From Octopus vulgaris (lineage: Eukaryota), in the NCBI GenBank assembly GCA_951406725.2, contig OX597817.1, positions 140,678,001-140,742,000 of the forward strand: 64,000 nucleotides of DNA. Direction: 5' to 3'. This document shows, piece by piece, positions 1-11,383 of this stretch. The stretch's first letter is position 1, and the number at the start of each line of letters is the position of its first letter. A program made the position numbers and the translations under genes. The notes under the pieces are model-generated. The model saw only the letters and a program-made list of their open reading frames with translations. It searched no databases and was not told the origin of the DNA.

Positions 1-88
1 CACTGGGGTCGATATAATCGACTTAATCCGTTTGTCTGTCCTTGTTCATCCTCTCTGTGTTTAGCCCCTTGTGGGTAGTAAAGAAATA
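1..88 (+). mobile_element. 3' end of tRNA-derived SINE family C (cut by window edge)
   Basis: Matches the reverse complement of the tails at 17650, 48972 and 58018 (ctggggtcgatataatcgacttaatcc...gtgggtagtaaagaaata). Confidence 0.85.
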
Positions 89-219
89 CGTATTCTATTT
101 CTTAAGATAAGAAACTAATAACATTAAGATGAAAAATCTACACACTTTCTTTTATATACATACTTTATATACATAAACATGTATTTACATATTTGTTTTG
201 ATATATATATATACACGCC

Positions 220-405
220 ATGATAGATCGTTAGCCACTACACACATTTTTTTCTCCCCTTGTTTTTTCTGTGTCCCTTTCTGTAGAAGAGCGTAGGCTC
301 GAAACGTGCGAGACTTTTTCTATTCCCGAGCGTTATACTAATACATCTGTTTGTTTTGTACACCACCTGTCTTCGTCTTTTGTTTTTTTTTTCGTAAACT
401 CTCCC

Positions 406-407
<2 letters not shown>
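220..407 (+). mobile_element. Penelope-like 3' terminal fragment, family PLE-1, with HHR at 277-312
   Basis: Homologous to 9442-9610, 15600-15812 and 26328-26470; ends in (TA)n. Motif CTTT-CTGTAGA-A-GAGC-GTAG-GCTC-GAAAC-GTG (cleavage triplet degenerate). Confidence 0.75.
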
Positions 408-466
<59 letters not shown>

Positions 467-845
467 CACACTCAACATTTTCGGTGATATTATTGAATGT
501 ATACATCTACACCAACACACATACACACAGACATAGAAACATGTGTGTGAGTGCTTGTGTATCAGTGTGTGTGCGCATGTATGCGCGCACGCGCGTGTGT
601 GGATTGCAATGGCTGCGTGGTTCGTTCCACACGAATGAGAGATCTTGAAGATATCACAACCAAGCGGAACATATATATACACCCGTTGCAGTCAGCAACT
701 TACTAGAATATATGAATTAATCCACCAAATTGTGTGAAGATCTCGATGGAGTCCGTGATTTGATTTGTTCTCAACAAGCAATATATTGCAAATATATACA
801 TATTCTTATTTCTTTAAACACACATACATGCACACACGCACACGC

Positions 846-914
<69 letters not shown>

Positions 915-1047
915 CGTATGTGTATTTGTGTATTTCAACATATATATTTGTGTGTGAGAGAGAAAGAGAGAGAGTCTGTTTGTACGTGTCTGTGTATATA
1001 CATATACATATATACATATACATATATACATACATTTACATACGTAT

Positions 1048-1439
1048 ACTCTCTCTTTTACTCTTTTACTTGTTTCAGTCATTTGACTGCGGCCATGCTG
1101 GAGCACCGCCTTTAGTCGAGCAAATTCTAAGCCTAGTACTTATTCTATCGGTCTCTTTTGCCGAACCGCTAAGTGACGGGGACGTAAACACACCAGCATC
1201 GGTTGTCAAGCAATGCTAGGGGGACAAACACAGACACACAAACACATACACACTTATATATATATATATACATATATACGACAGGCTTCTTTCAGTTTCC
1301 GTCTACCAAATCCACTCACAAGGCATTGGTCGGCCCGGGGCTATAGCAGAAGATACTTGCCCAAGATGCCACGCAGTGGGACTGAACCCGGAACCATGTG
1401 GCTGGTTAGCAAGCTACTTACCATACAGCCACTCCTGTG

Positions 1440-1441
<2 letters not shown>
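1048..1441 (-). mobile_element. tRNA/CORE-like SINE family A, near full length
   Basis: A/B-box head (TGGCTGTATGGTAAG, GGTTCAGTCCC), CORE-like 'CTTGGGCAAGT', internal TA/TG tract, (GTAAAAGA)n tail; homologous to 3787-4195 and 59380-59786. Confidence 0.9.
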
Positions 1442-1479
<38 letters not shown>

Positions 1480-1529
1480 TTGGTGAATTGAAGAAATGGA
1501 GCTGAACGAAGATTGAACAGAAATCGTTT

Positions 1530-1622
1530 TATTTCATTCTACACGTGTTTCGAAAGGCACAATTTACCAAAATCCGATTGAATAATGAGACCATATTGTG
1601 TCTTTCTCTTCAGGAAGAAATA
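1530..1622 (-). ncRNA. Type I hammerhead ribozyme motif (inverted copy)
   Basis: Reverse-complement copy of 1857-1949. Confidence 0.75.
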
Positions 1623-1856
1623 GGAAATCCGTTGGAAAAAACAAAAACAGAACAGAGGCGGAGCAAAACAAATCGAACTAGGCTCCTAAGAGCCCATGGC
1701 AAAACTGTTTATCAGTGTATGTTGAAGATTTTAAAATCTTCAACCACCGGTTCTCAACATACACTGATAAACAGTTTTGCCATGGGCTCTTAGGAGCCTA
1801 GTTCGATTTGTTTTGCTCCGCCTCTGTTCTGTTTTTGTTTTTTCCAACGGATTTCC

Positions 1857-1949
1857 TATTTCTTCCTGAAGAGAAAGACGCAATATGGTCTCATTATTCA
1901 ATCGGATTTTGGTAAATTGTGCCTTTCGAAACACGTGTAGAATGAAATA
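1857..1949 (+). ncRNA. Type I hammerhead ribozyme motif, canonical core
   Basis: UAUUUC-UUC / CUGAAGA / stem II GAAAG..CUUUC extended by CGCAAU..AUUGUG / GAAA / stem III AC-ACGU-GU / GUA triplet / GAA-U-GAAAUA closing stem I. Confidence 0.8.
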
Positions 1950-2155
1950 AAACGATTTCTGTTCAATCTTCGTTCAGCTCCATTTCTTCAATTCACCAAT
2001 AATATTTTAATTTCAATTATCCGCACCAACGCACGGTTGCAACACCATTTGGTTGTACCTCCAACCGTGCTGTCTTCTGCTGTGATTTTTGCTACCAAGG
2101 TATCGGCTAAACTTTTGATTAATCTGCTACAAGATTATTCATCTTTCTATTTCAC

Positions 2156-2220
<65 letters not shown>

Positions 2221-2293
2221 GTATATATATACATATATATTTAATTTTGTATATATATATATGTACACACACATCGGAAAACAATGCATATGC

Positions 2294-2328
<35 letters not shown>

Positions 2329-2744
2329 TATATTCCACCACAGATACACACACGCACATGCACATATACAAGCACATGCATGCATCTGTATCTGTATGTT
2401 TGTATGTGTGTTCTGACTTAGCGATTGTCAATCAATTATGGCTTCTTGTTTCCTCCCACATCGCCACAACAATCTCTTATCTTTGAAATACACTAAAATA
2501 GTAAGAGTTGTCCGATTCTCACAACGAACTCTTTGAAAGCCAGCAACGAAACCAGATTTCAAGCTGCAACTCCTTACGACTTCATGAAACTCTCCACCTG
2601 TTTCATGGGTCGGAAATGGTGACATTTGCTGTGTTGAATTCTTGTTAGAATGTGATATTTACTTACATTTGATACTCTGTGTGTGGGTGCGTGTGCGTTC
2701 GTGTGTGAGTGAGTGTGTGTGCTTGCGTGCATGTGTAGGTATGA

Positions 2745-2787
<43 letters not shown>

Positions 2788-2789
<2 letters not shown>

Positions 2790-3020
2790 GGAGTAAGCAT
2801 ATAAATGTGAAACAAGGTGGAAAAAAGAGTACTCAAATACCAGAGGTAGAGTAATATACTTTATTTAAAAGCAGCAGAAATGTAACAAAAGCTGTTACTC
2901 GGAGTTTCGCGTTCCCGTTCGTCGGACAGTTTTGTTAAAAAAAACGAAACTGTCCGACGAATGGGAATGTGAAACTCCGAGTAACAGCTTTTGTTACATT
3001 ACTGCTGCTTTTAAATAAAG

Positions 3021-3025
<5 letters not shown>
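2788..3025 (-). mobile_element. Penelope-like fragment family PLE-3 with ~79-bp inverted repeat and two HHR motifs (2892-2929 -, 2950-2987 +)
   Basis: CUGU-CCGACGA-ACG-GGAA-CG(C/U)-GAAA-CUC-C-GAG-UA-ACAG; tail matches 14750-14822 in the opposite orientation; (TA)n on both sides. Confidence 0.75.
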
Positions 3026-3090
<65 letters not shown>

Positions 3091-3786
3091 TACCTACTTA
3101 CCATACACATATCGATGCATGCATATGTGCACACATACGTAAATATATATATATATACATAAAAATTATCAGCCATATGTCGACTATATCCCTAGCCAAG
3201 TATCATCATTTCCAAATATATTGACTGAAACCCTGGTTCAGAGAGTAAGGCAGTGTTGTTGTTGGACAGTAAATTATGAAAGTGTTACTAAGCAGTAAAA
3301 TATGGAAAAAGTAACATATATGTTAGCTATGTCATGTCTGAAAACTTTGCAAAAGTGAAAACGTGATTCGAACCCTCGATTCCTAGTCATGTACAGCCAA
3401 CATAATTCCTGTCAACTCGATGAAACCCTCCTTGACCATTTACCTACCAGAAATAGCCGTGCAACTGCCGTCGTATCTCATCTTATCATTTCAAAATACG
3501 AAGGACACACTGGATAATGTCATTTCAAAATATACTCTTTTGTCATTTAAGCAAACGTCGCCCTGACATGATCTCTCTCCACTGAAAAACTTTTGGTCCT
3601 AGATCAAGATTTCATTTAAGCATCATATTTGACGTGAGATTATATTCTAAATAGAATGCTAAACCTTTACCCGGGTAGAGTTCTCATGGCCAAATTCTCA
3701 CAGAAATTTCCAGTTGGTGCCATTCTAATAATTCAAATCAAATTTTGGCACAGTTCTTCTTTCAGGATAACCATAACTTGCTCATA

Positions 3787-4195
3787 GGCGCAGGGGTGGC
3801 TGTGTGGTAAGTAGCTTGCTTTCCAACCTCATGGTTCCGGGTTCAGTCCCACTGCGTGGCACCTTGGGCAAGTGTCTTCTAATATAGCCTCGGGCCGACC
3901 AAAGCCTTGTGAGTGGATTTGGCAGACGGAAATTGAAGGAAGTCCGTCGAATATATGTATATATACATGTATGTGCGTATATGTTTGTGTGTCTGTGTTT
4001 GTCCCGCCAACATCGCCTGATGACCGATGGTGGTGTGTTTACGTCCCCGTAACTTAGCGGGTCAGCAAAAGAGACCGATAGAATAAGTACTAGGCTCACA
4101 AAGAATAAGTCCTGGTGTCGATTTGCTCGACTAAAGGTGGTGCTCCAGCATGGCCGCATTCAAATGACTGAAACAAGTAAAAGAGTAAAAGAGTA
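3787..4195 (+). mobile_element. SINE family A, full length
   Basis: GGCGCAGGGGTGGCTGTGTGGTAAG head, B box GGTTCAGTCCC, GTAAAAGA tail. Confidence 0.9.
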
Positions 4196-4904
4196 TAACA
4201 TAGACCTACCACGATCAGGAGTGGCCTAGGGTTAAACAACAACAACTTCTCACTAACTACGATAGTATCGGTTCTCTAGTTTGCAAAGTTCAGCGTCCGA
4301 GTTTATTCCATTGATCTCTATTCCTTCATAGATGTTCTGCTATCATGTCTTGAAGCCATTCTTGTGTGTGTCTATAGCAACCAACTGACTGTTCTTGACG
4401 AGGTCACATCTTCTCTTATAATAAAACTAAATCCTGTAATACCTTTAACATTGGAGAAGGGTGGGTGGGTGAGAGAAAGAGAGGGAGTTTATATGAGGGG
4501 GAGAAAGAAGCAGGGAAAGTTTAAAAAGATTAAGTAACACACAAGAAACAAAGGAAGACATAAAATGGAGCAAAAGAAAAGCTCAACAGATTACTGTGAC
4601 GTGTTAGTTGAGTTGTTCTGACAGAAAGAGAGAGAGAAAGAGATAGAGACAGAGAGACAGAGTGACAGAGAGAGAGAGAGAGCACGTATAGATGAAAGTC
4701 AAGATCACTACACGATAAAGAATATAGATTTAATCAGCCGCTCCTCTTGTACGAAAGGCAATCTATCCATTCCTCTCACCATCTCAGTCTCTCCACCCCC
4801 TCTCTCTCTCTCATTCTCTCTCTCTCTCCATTATCTACAGGTCCTCCTCTTTTTCTTCGTTTCGTAGATAATAATAATAATTTTAACCCTAGACTTGATC
4901 CAAA

Positions 4905-5127
4905 CCACTACAAGTTTTGGCGACACGACCAGGCAGCGAATGTGCTACATTGGAAACTGCGAAAAGTGGTACGACCACAAACCTGAAGGCATCGTCGAAA
5001 ATAGAAATGCAAAGACTCTTTGGGATTTTATGTCTCAGTGCGACCATGAGATAGAGAATAGGAAGCCGGACATAGTCTTAATTGAGAAAGAAAATAAACT
5101 ATGCTGGATCATAGACATAGCATGCCT
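4905..5127 (+). mobile_element. R4/Dong-clade LINE fragment (restriction-like endonuclease region)
   Basis: RHD...WYDHKPEGIVEN...LWDF...NRKPDIVLI...IIDIAC; close to 51990-52200. Confidence 0.8.
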
Positions 5128-7814
5128 AGTTTTTCTGTGTTTGTTGTTTTTGTTGTTGTTGTCCCTGCTGCTGCTGCTGTTGGTGTTGATAGTGGTGTTG
5201 CAGTTGATTGAGTATATTCCAAAACTTAATTATTTCAGTTGACCCTTAAAGATAAAGTCTATGTAGCCAGAGATCGAACTCAGAATGTAGAGACGTTAAT
5301 AAATACTACAGCATATTACATTCATTGCTCCACCGATCCTATCATTCACCCAGTTCAATAAAAAAATGTTCTAATATTAGTATAATGTCATACAAGTGGA
5401 GCGGAGGCACATTTGGATAAGTGTTCTCAAGTATTCGACTGATGCCTTCCACATTGACCCAATATGTTTTCCGTGCTTACCACATCACACCTATCTGATT
5501 CGAACATATCGATCTCACTGTGATTAGCATTAATTGTTTTGATTAGCTAACTGGTACTATTATTGATGTAATATGTGACTATAATGACATTGGTACTTCG
5601 CTCACTGATCCTAGAAGACAAAGAAAACCTCAGATTTATTGATGCCGTGGAATTTAGTATAAACAGCAACCGCCACAGCAGCAGTACTTTCACATCTGCC
5701 TCTCGTCCCCCGCCCATACGATTCATAAAAAAAAACAGCATCAACAGTCGTAGTTTCCTGTCTCCCTGCCATTTTCGTATTTATAAGATTAAAGCAAATA
5801 TATCCAGTTAATATTCCGCACCTTTATTATTGGTTTTTTTTTTTAAATATAAAAAGGGAAACGTGTATCTCTTTCATTCTGTAGAAACTTTGTATTCTGC
5901 TGCGATCATCTTGATAAAATAACTTCCTCCATTTCCTTTTATTCTGAACAACTTCATTCCTTTATTCTGTTAATCATTTCACTTGACGTATCTGACTAAA
6001 CTTGCAGTTTCCATCCTGGTTTCAATTCATGAATCCCAAATGTTACTGCAGGATTTTTACCTGTTTTTACGTGATTCTTCCCTTTTTCTTTTTTTGTGTA
6101 GCAAACAAATACAAGCAGCGGAAAATGTATCAATTCGCTTGATTTAACACCCAGCAGTATTTGTATCAATCCTCTTGATTTAACTGTAAAAATAAAACGA
6201 GGAATATTGTAAAGGTTTTTCACCTGAAATCGCTAATGTTTTATGTCAGGTAATTGTTAGTTCGGTGTTATTTTACATAAAATGCGGAAATTAGAAGCGA
6301 TTAAGCAATGGCTGCAAGGAGAGGGAGAGAGGGAGAGAGAAGGAGCTGAACAGCAAAATGAGGCAAGCAGGAAGAAGAGATGGAATAATGGAGAATGAAA
6401 TAAACAGCGAATAACTCAGTTGATTTATTTTGTAAGAAAAGGTTGGAAGAACGAGAAAGGTTAAAAAAAGAAAACAAAACAATTTAAGTAAAAATAGTAG
6501 AGAAGGAAAAGAGAAAAAATAAGGGAGAATGAATTGATGAATGAATGAATAAATGGAAAAAAAGGACAGGAAGAACGAAAAAAAAATGAAAGAAAGTAAT
6601 AATCGAAAAAAATATAGGAGGGAAGGAAGAGATGAAAGAACAAATGAAAAATAAAAAGAATCGAAACAAAGAACGTACTCAAAAATAAGAAGAGAACAGC
6701 ATCGAGACTATCCAAGACAATTAATTCAATCCAAAAGAATATCAAAGTGACATTTGGTTATCAGTCTAAATATTCCAATGGTAGACTTTCCGTCCCAAAA
6801 TACAGAACTCTGGTTAGAAACCAAGGATAAGAAAAGAACAAATCTTTCTATCATTTTACGAGAAACTCACGGCCATGAAGTGCCAGTCTACTGAATTCTG
6901 GCTATATTAAAGAAGAGGAAAAAATCATCTTTGAAGAATGGTGAAACATGTTTCACGCAATCTAAGGACTGGTAAGGTGCTGGAGATTTTCATCTATCTC
7001 AAGCAATTTTTCAGCTGTAACCCAAATGAAAAGACACAGATTGAACAACTGACACAGAAAAAAAGTTTAAAACAATCAACAATTTTTTTGGAGGTGGGTT
7101 CCAATGGTGGAATCCGGCAATAGTTTAGGAAGGAGAAGAAACCAGTTTCATGGCAGGATAACAATTTCAAATGGGTGTAATATTTGTCGGTACTGTCATC
7201 AGGAACGAACCAACTTATGGATATAGGAGAGCTTCAGGTTAAACGAAATGTATAATTAAGATAAAATGACAACTAAGTAGATCCATTAAACAACTAATCA
7301 ATAGGATATACTCATGCAGGAAAATCCTGTGACACAACTGCAAGGTATATAAAAGAAATCAACAGGTAAATGGTAGGCTAGAGATGTAGCGTTCAGCAAT
7401 AGATACACGAAAAGATAATGTAGGAACACTGGTACAACTTATTTAGGAGAACCGACCTGTAGCATATAACAACCCACTGCAGAGTTCGATAGACAACACG
7501 AAAATAAAAATCCTTCCCATGTGCTTGCAACATCTAGCGGTTAGGTAGGTTACAGAGTCAATGCATATAAGAGCCGAACACACCCGCTCAATAGAAAGTT
7601 TATAGCAGACTGATGGCTTTATCCAACATTGGATCTGGTAACATCTGTTTCCCTCGCCATGCATTATAATCAAACTATTCTTACTGTTTTGATTCTACTA
7701 ATGGATATTGCCGATTTTCTTCTTTTGTTTACGGATCTACCTAACGAATATCTATTTTAATTGGATTGTTAGTTGGATTTCTCTTCCTTCTCTTCACAAA
7801 ATTAACTACAATAA

Positions 7815-7995
7815 TATAGTTGATGAGTAACGCTCCTGTTTAATGCCTTCTTCTTTGATGATGTAATCCTCGCTCGATACGGTGTTCTGATAGATTGGAT
7901 ACTCTAGAAACAGCTGTTAGGTACACCGTTTTATTAATATATAGCTAAATTAAATGTCCTTGTCAAGTCCTGCTAAATCGCTTGCGTTTTCATTC
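7815..7995 (+). mobile_element. Decayed Penelope-like terminal fragment with HHR remnant
   Basis: TTGATGA...GAAAC-AGCT-GTT; shares ctcgatac, ggata, gaaacagctgt and aaattaaatgtcctt with 8640-8850. Confidence 0.5.
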
Positions 7996-8004
7996 CTGTT
8001 TATA

Positions 8005-8134
8005 TTAGGTTGTCCCAAAAGTTCGTAAACACTTGCGAAAATTGAATTTTTACTCGCCAAGTACTAACAAAAACAACAAAAATTATTCCTCAAAATAAGG
8101 ACATTTATGTTTACGAACTTTTGGGACAACCTTA
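8005..8134. mobile_element. Mariner-type MITE
   Basis: TIRs AGGTTGTCCCAAAAGTTCGTAAACA, TA flanks; second copy at 24872-25012. Confidence 0.85.
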
Positions 8135-8150
8135 TATATATATATATATT

Positions 8151-8217
<67 letters not shown>

Positions 8218-8500
8218 GTGGAGGCGCATTGGCCTAGTGGTTAGGGCAGCGGACTCGCGGTTTCGATTCCTAGACCCGGGCGTTGTGAATGTTTATTGAG
8301 CGAAAACATCTAAAAGCCCCACGAGGCTCCGGCAGGGGGTGGTGATCCCTGCTGTACTCTTTCGCCACTCTTTCTCTCATTCTTTCTTCTGTTGGCCGGC
8401 TCGCTTAGCCAGTGGGGTGGCGTCATTCGATGGCTAACGCATTGTGACCAGCGATGTGTAGCAACATCTGATGGTCTGGTCGGTCACGTGATCACGTGAT
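8218..8500 (+). mobile_element. tRNA-derived SINE family B
   Basis: GTGGAGGCGCATTGGCCTAGTGG head, GTTTCGATTCC B box, GTCACGTGATCACGTGAT tail; homologous to 26524, 29505 and 32010. Confidence 0.9.
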
Positions 8501-8514
8501 ATATATATATATAT

Positions 8515-8849
8515 ACAGAGAGGGGCGGAGTAAGAGGAGTTTTTGTCAGGATGACTGAAATTAATAGGTATGCGTTCTGGGTGCTGAAATAGGCGTGACA
8601 CCACCCTCCCACGCTTTTGGACATAATAGATCACAACAAATATCATTGATGAGAAACATTTTCTCAACTTGCAGAGTCTTCCCTCGATACAATGGTCCAG
8701 TAGGTGGGATATCCCAGAAACAGCTGTCAGTGACTATCTTTTTTTACTATTTTTGCAGTTGGTTATGTAGCTGAATTTAGACTGAAATAAAAGGAAATTA
8801 AATGTCCTTCTGCACTGTCTAATTATTTGCCTTTCCTCACTAACTTTAA

Positions 8850-8852
<3 letters not shown>
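8515..8852 (+). mobile_element. Penelope-like terminal fragment with degenerate HHR (~8647-8735)
   Basis: TTGATGA...GAAAC-AGCT-GTC-AGTGA; lies between (TA)n tracts. Confidence 0.55.
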
Positions 8853-8899
<47 letters not shown>

Positions 8900-9255
8900 A
8901 AAAAACTGACAAATATTACAGGCATTCCCCACACACACTAACTAAACACAGACACACATAGAGATATAAGCATGCGCAAATGAAGACACATACAATAGAA
9001 ATACAAAATAGCTGACGGTTAGTAAGGAGAGACACACACTTAAGAAAGAAGAAAACAAAGGACCACTGATGCGGTCACAGGACTGTGACGAAAGAACTAA
9101 GATTAAGATTAATGTAAAAAATAAATAACGCTGAAGCAAAGTAACACCAAATATATAGTGCGTGTGTTTTTATTGGCTAAACTGGCAAATGACCATTCCT
9201 AAATACAATAATATCTGTTTCAACACACGATTTCACATCAAAAATCCTGCAAAAC

Positions 9256-9293
<38 letters not shown>

Positions 9294-9308
9294 GTATATG
9301 TATATATG

Positions 9309-9630
<322 letters not shown>

Positions 9631-10424
9631 GGTCACACAAGAGATACACATACATACATACATACATACATACATACATACATACATACATACATACATA
9701 CATACATACATACATACATACATACAAAGTTCACAGTTTTCAAAAGTAGTGAATTATAGAGAGTCTAAGGGTTATACCATTCTGGTCTGCACTATGTTTG
9801 TAGTGAATATTTAGTACACACGGTTTGTATGACTATTCTTCACATATGATAGACAATACTGGCTGTGAAATGAAGTTGACTGCTGGAAGTCATGCTTGGT
9901 TCTTTTTCGCTTCTTTCTTTTAGAATAATCTTATATTTAGGCTGGATAACTTTGAATGTTTACTGTCCTACTCACTCCAGCAAATATAAAACGTTCGTTT
10001 TTTTATTTCTTATAGTAAAGCGTTTATGAAAATATATACAGGCACATGATATGTTATTATTGAAATAACAAAGGAAGTACCCAAAATTTATTTTTCTGTT
10101 TATATACACCCTAGTGTTATAACCGGAAATATACAGAGAGTGACGAATATAGAGCGCTCGAGGTTCCGCATTATCATACTCTTTCGTTTACATTTTATGT
10201 TAAATTCTGTGATCCGAGTAAATTTGTAAACAACTCAAACGATATATTTATTATCAGCGTGTCTATATACTATGGGGTGTATTAAACAGTAAAATTCTCC
10301 AACGACTCACTTTGCTATTTAAAGAGGTAACGTGTATCTATACATTTTCTATGGATTATTAATTACCAGAAACACATTGGAGACCGGAATGGCTATGGAG
10401 AATATCGTGTGGCTATTGCAATAC

Positions 10425-10521
<97 letters not shown>

Positions 10522-11288
10522 GCTTGATTATATTTCCAAGAGTAGATATATATATACATATGTCTTAGAATATATTTATATAACGGTATATTTCTTAATA
10601 TCCAATTTTCTTTACTTTATCGAATTCTCTACTAAACACTTTTAACAAGAAAAATATGTATGTAGCAATTGCAAGCTTTTCATCCTACAATTACCAGAGT
10701 GAACTCATTTCCGTTGATTTTAAATTTAAATTCGTTCTTTTATGCTAATCTGGTTTTTACTAAGAAATATGGTCTTCACATCTTGACTTTTTCCTTATAT
10801 CTTCGGTTTTGACACTAAGGTGTGCATATAAGCAACAAAATTCTTTTACGGGGAGAGAAGGATGTTTTAAAGAGTCAAATTGTGAATGAAATCGAATGGG
10901 ATAAAAGATCGTTTTAATAGCGATGGGCGGAAGATAACAACCACCTTCAGCCGATTTGAAATTTAAGTGCTTTAATGAGCATATGGGTGGTGATTTGAGC
11001 AAATTTTCATGGAGAATAGCTGTCCATTAACCCTACGTTTGAAACGTATAAAAACAAATTTAGAAATTTTATAGTCGTGTGGCTCTTTCAAATTTCCTCA
11101 TATTTTAAAGTAGAGCACTTCGGTATGAATTACGCTTTGCTTTCAGTTTTTTAGAAGTCACATCTCATTAGATTTTCTATTTTAGCGCCTGTTCTCTGTG
11201 TATGAGCATGTATGTATGTATTATCTATCTATCAATATATCTATCTATTTGTGTGTATATATATAGATACACACACACACACACACAG

Positions 11289-11368
<80 letters not shown>

Positions 11369-11383
11369 TCATTTTTATTTTTA

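Larger units (their letters stand above)
1473..2158 (+). mobile_element. Penelope-like fragment with 253-bp inverted duplication
   Basis: Arms 1473-1725 and 1754-2006 with one mismatch seen; flanked by (TA)n on both sides; each arm holds an HHR. Confidence 0.8.

Noticed and set aside
1545-1934. Twin ORFs MFRKAQFTKIRLNN on opposite strands
   Set aside because: A by-product of the inverted repeat; no coding evidence.
5575-5811. 78-aa non-repetitive ORF as a possible exon
   Set aside because: No convincing splice sites or recognisable motif.
6900-7500. Possible decayed PLE linker/GIY-YIG upstream of the 7.9-kb HHR remnant
   Set aside because: Only faint motif echoes across broken frames; needs TBLASTN.
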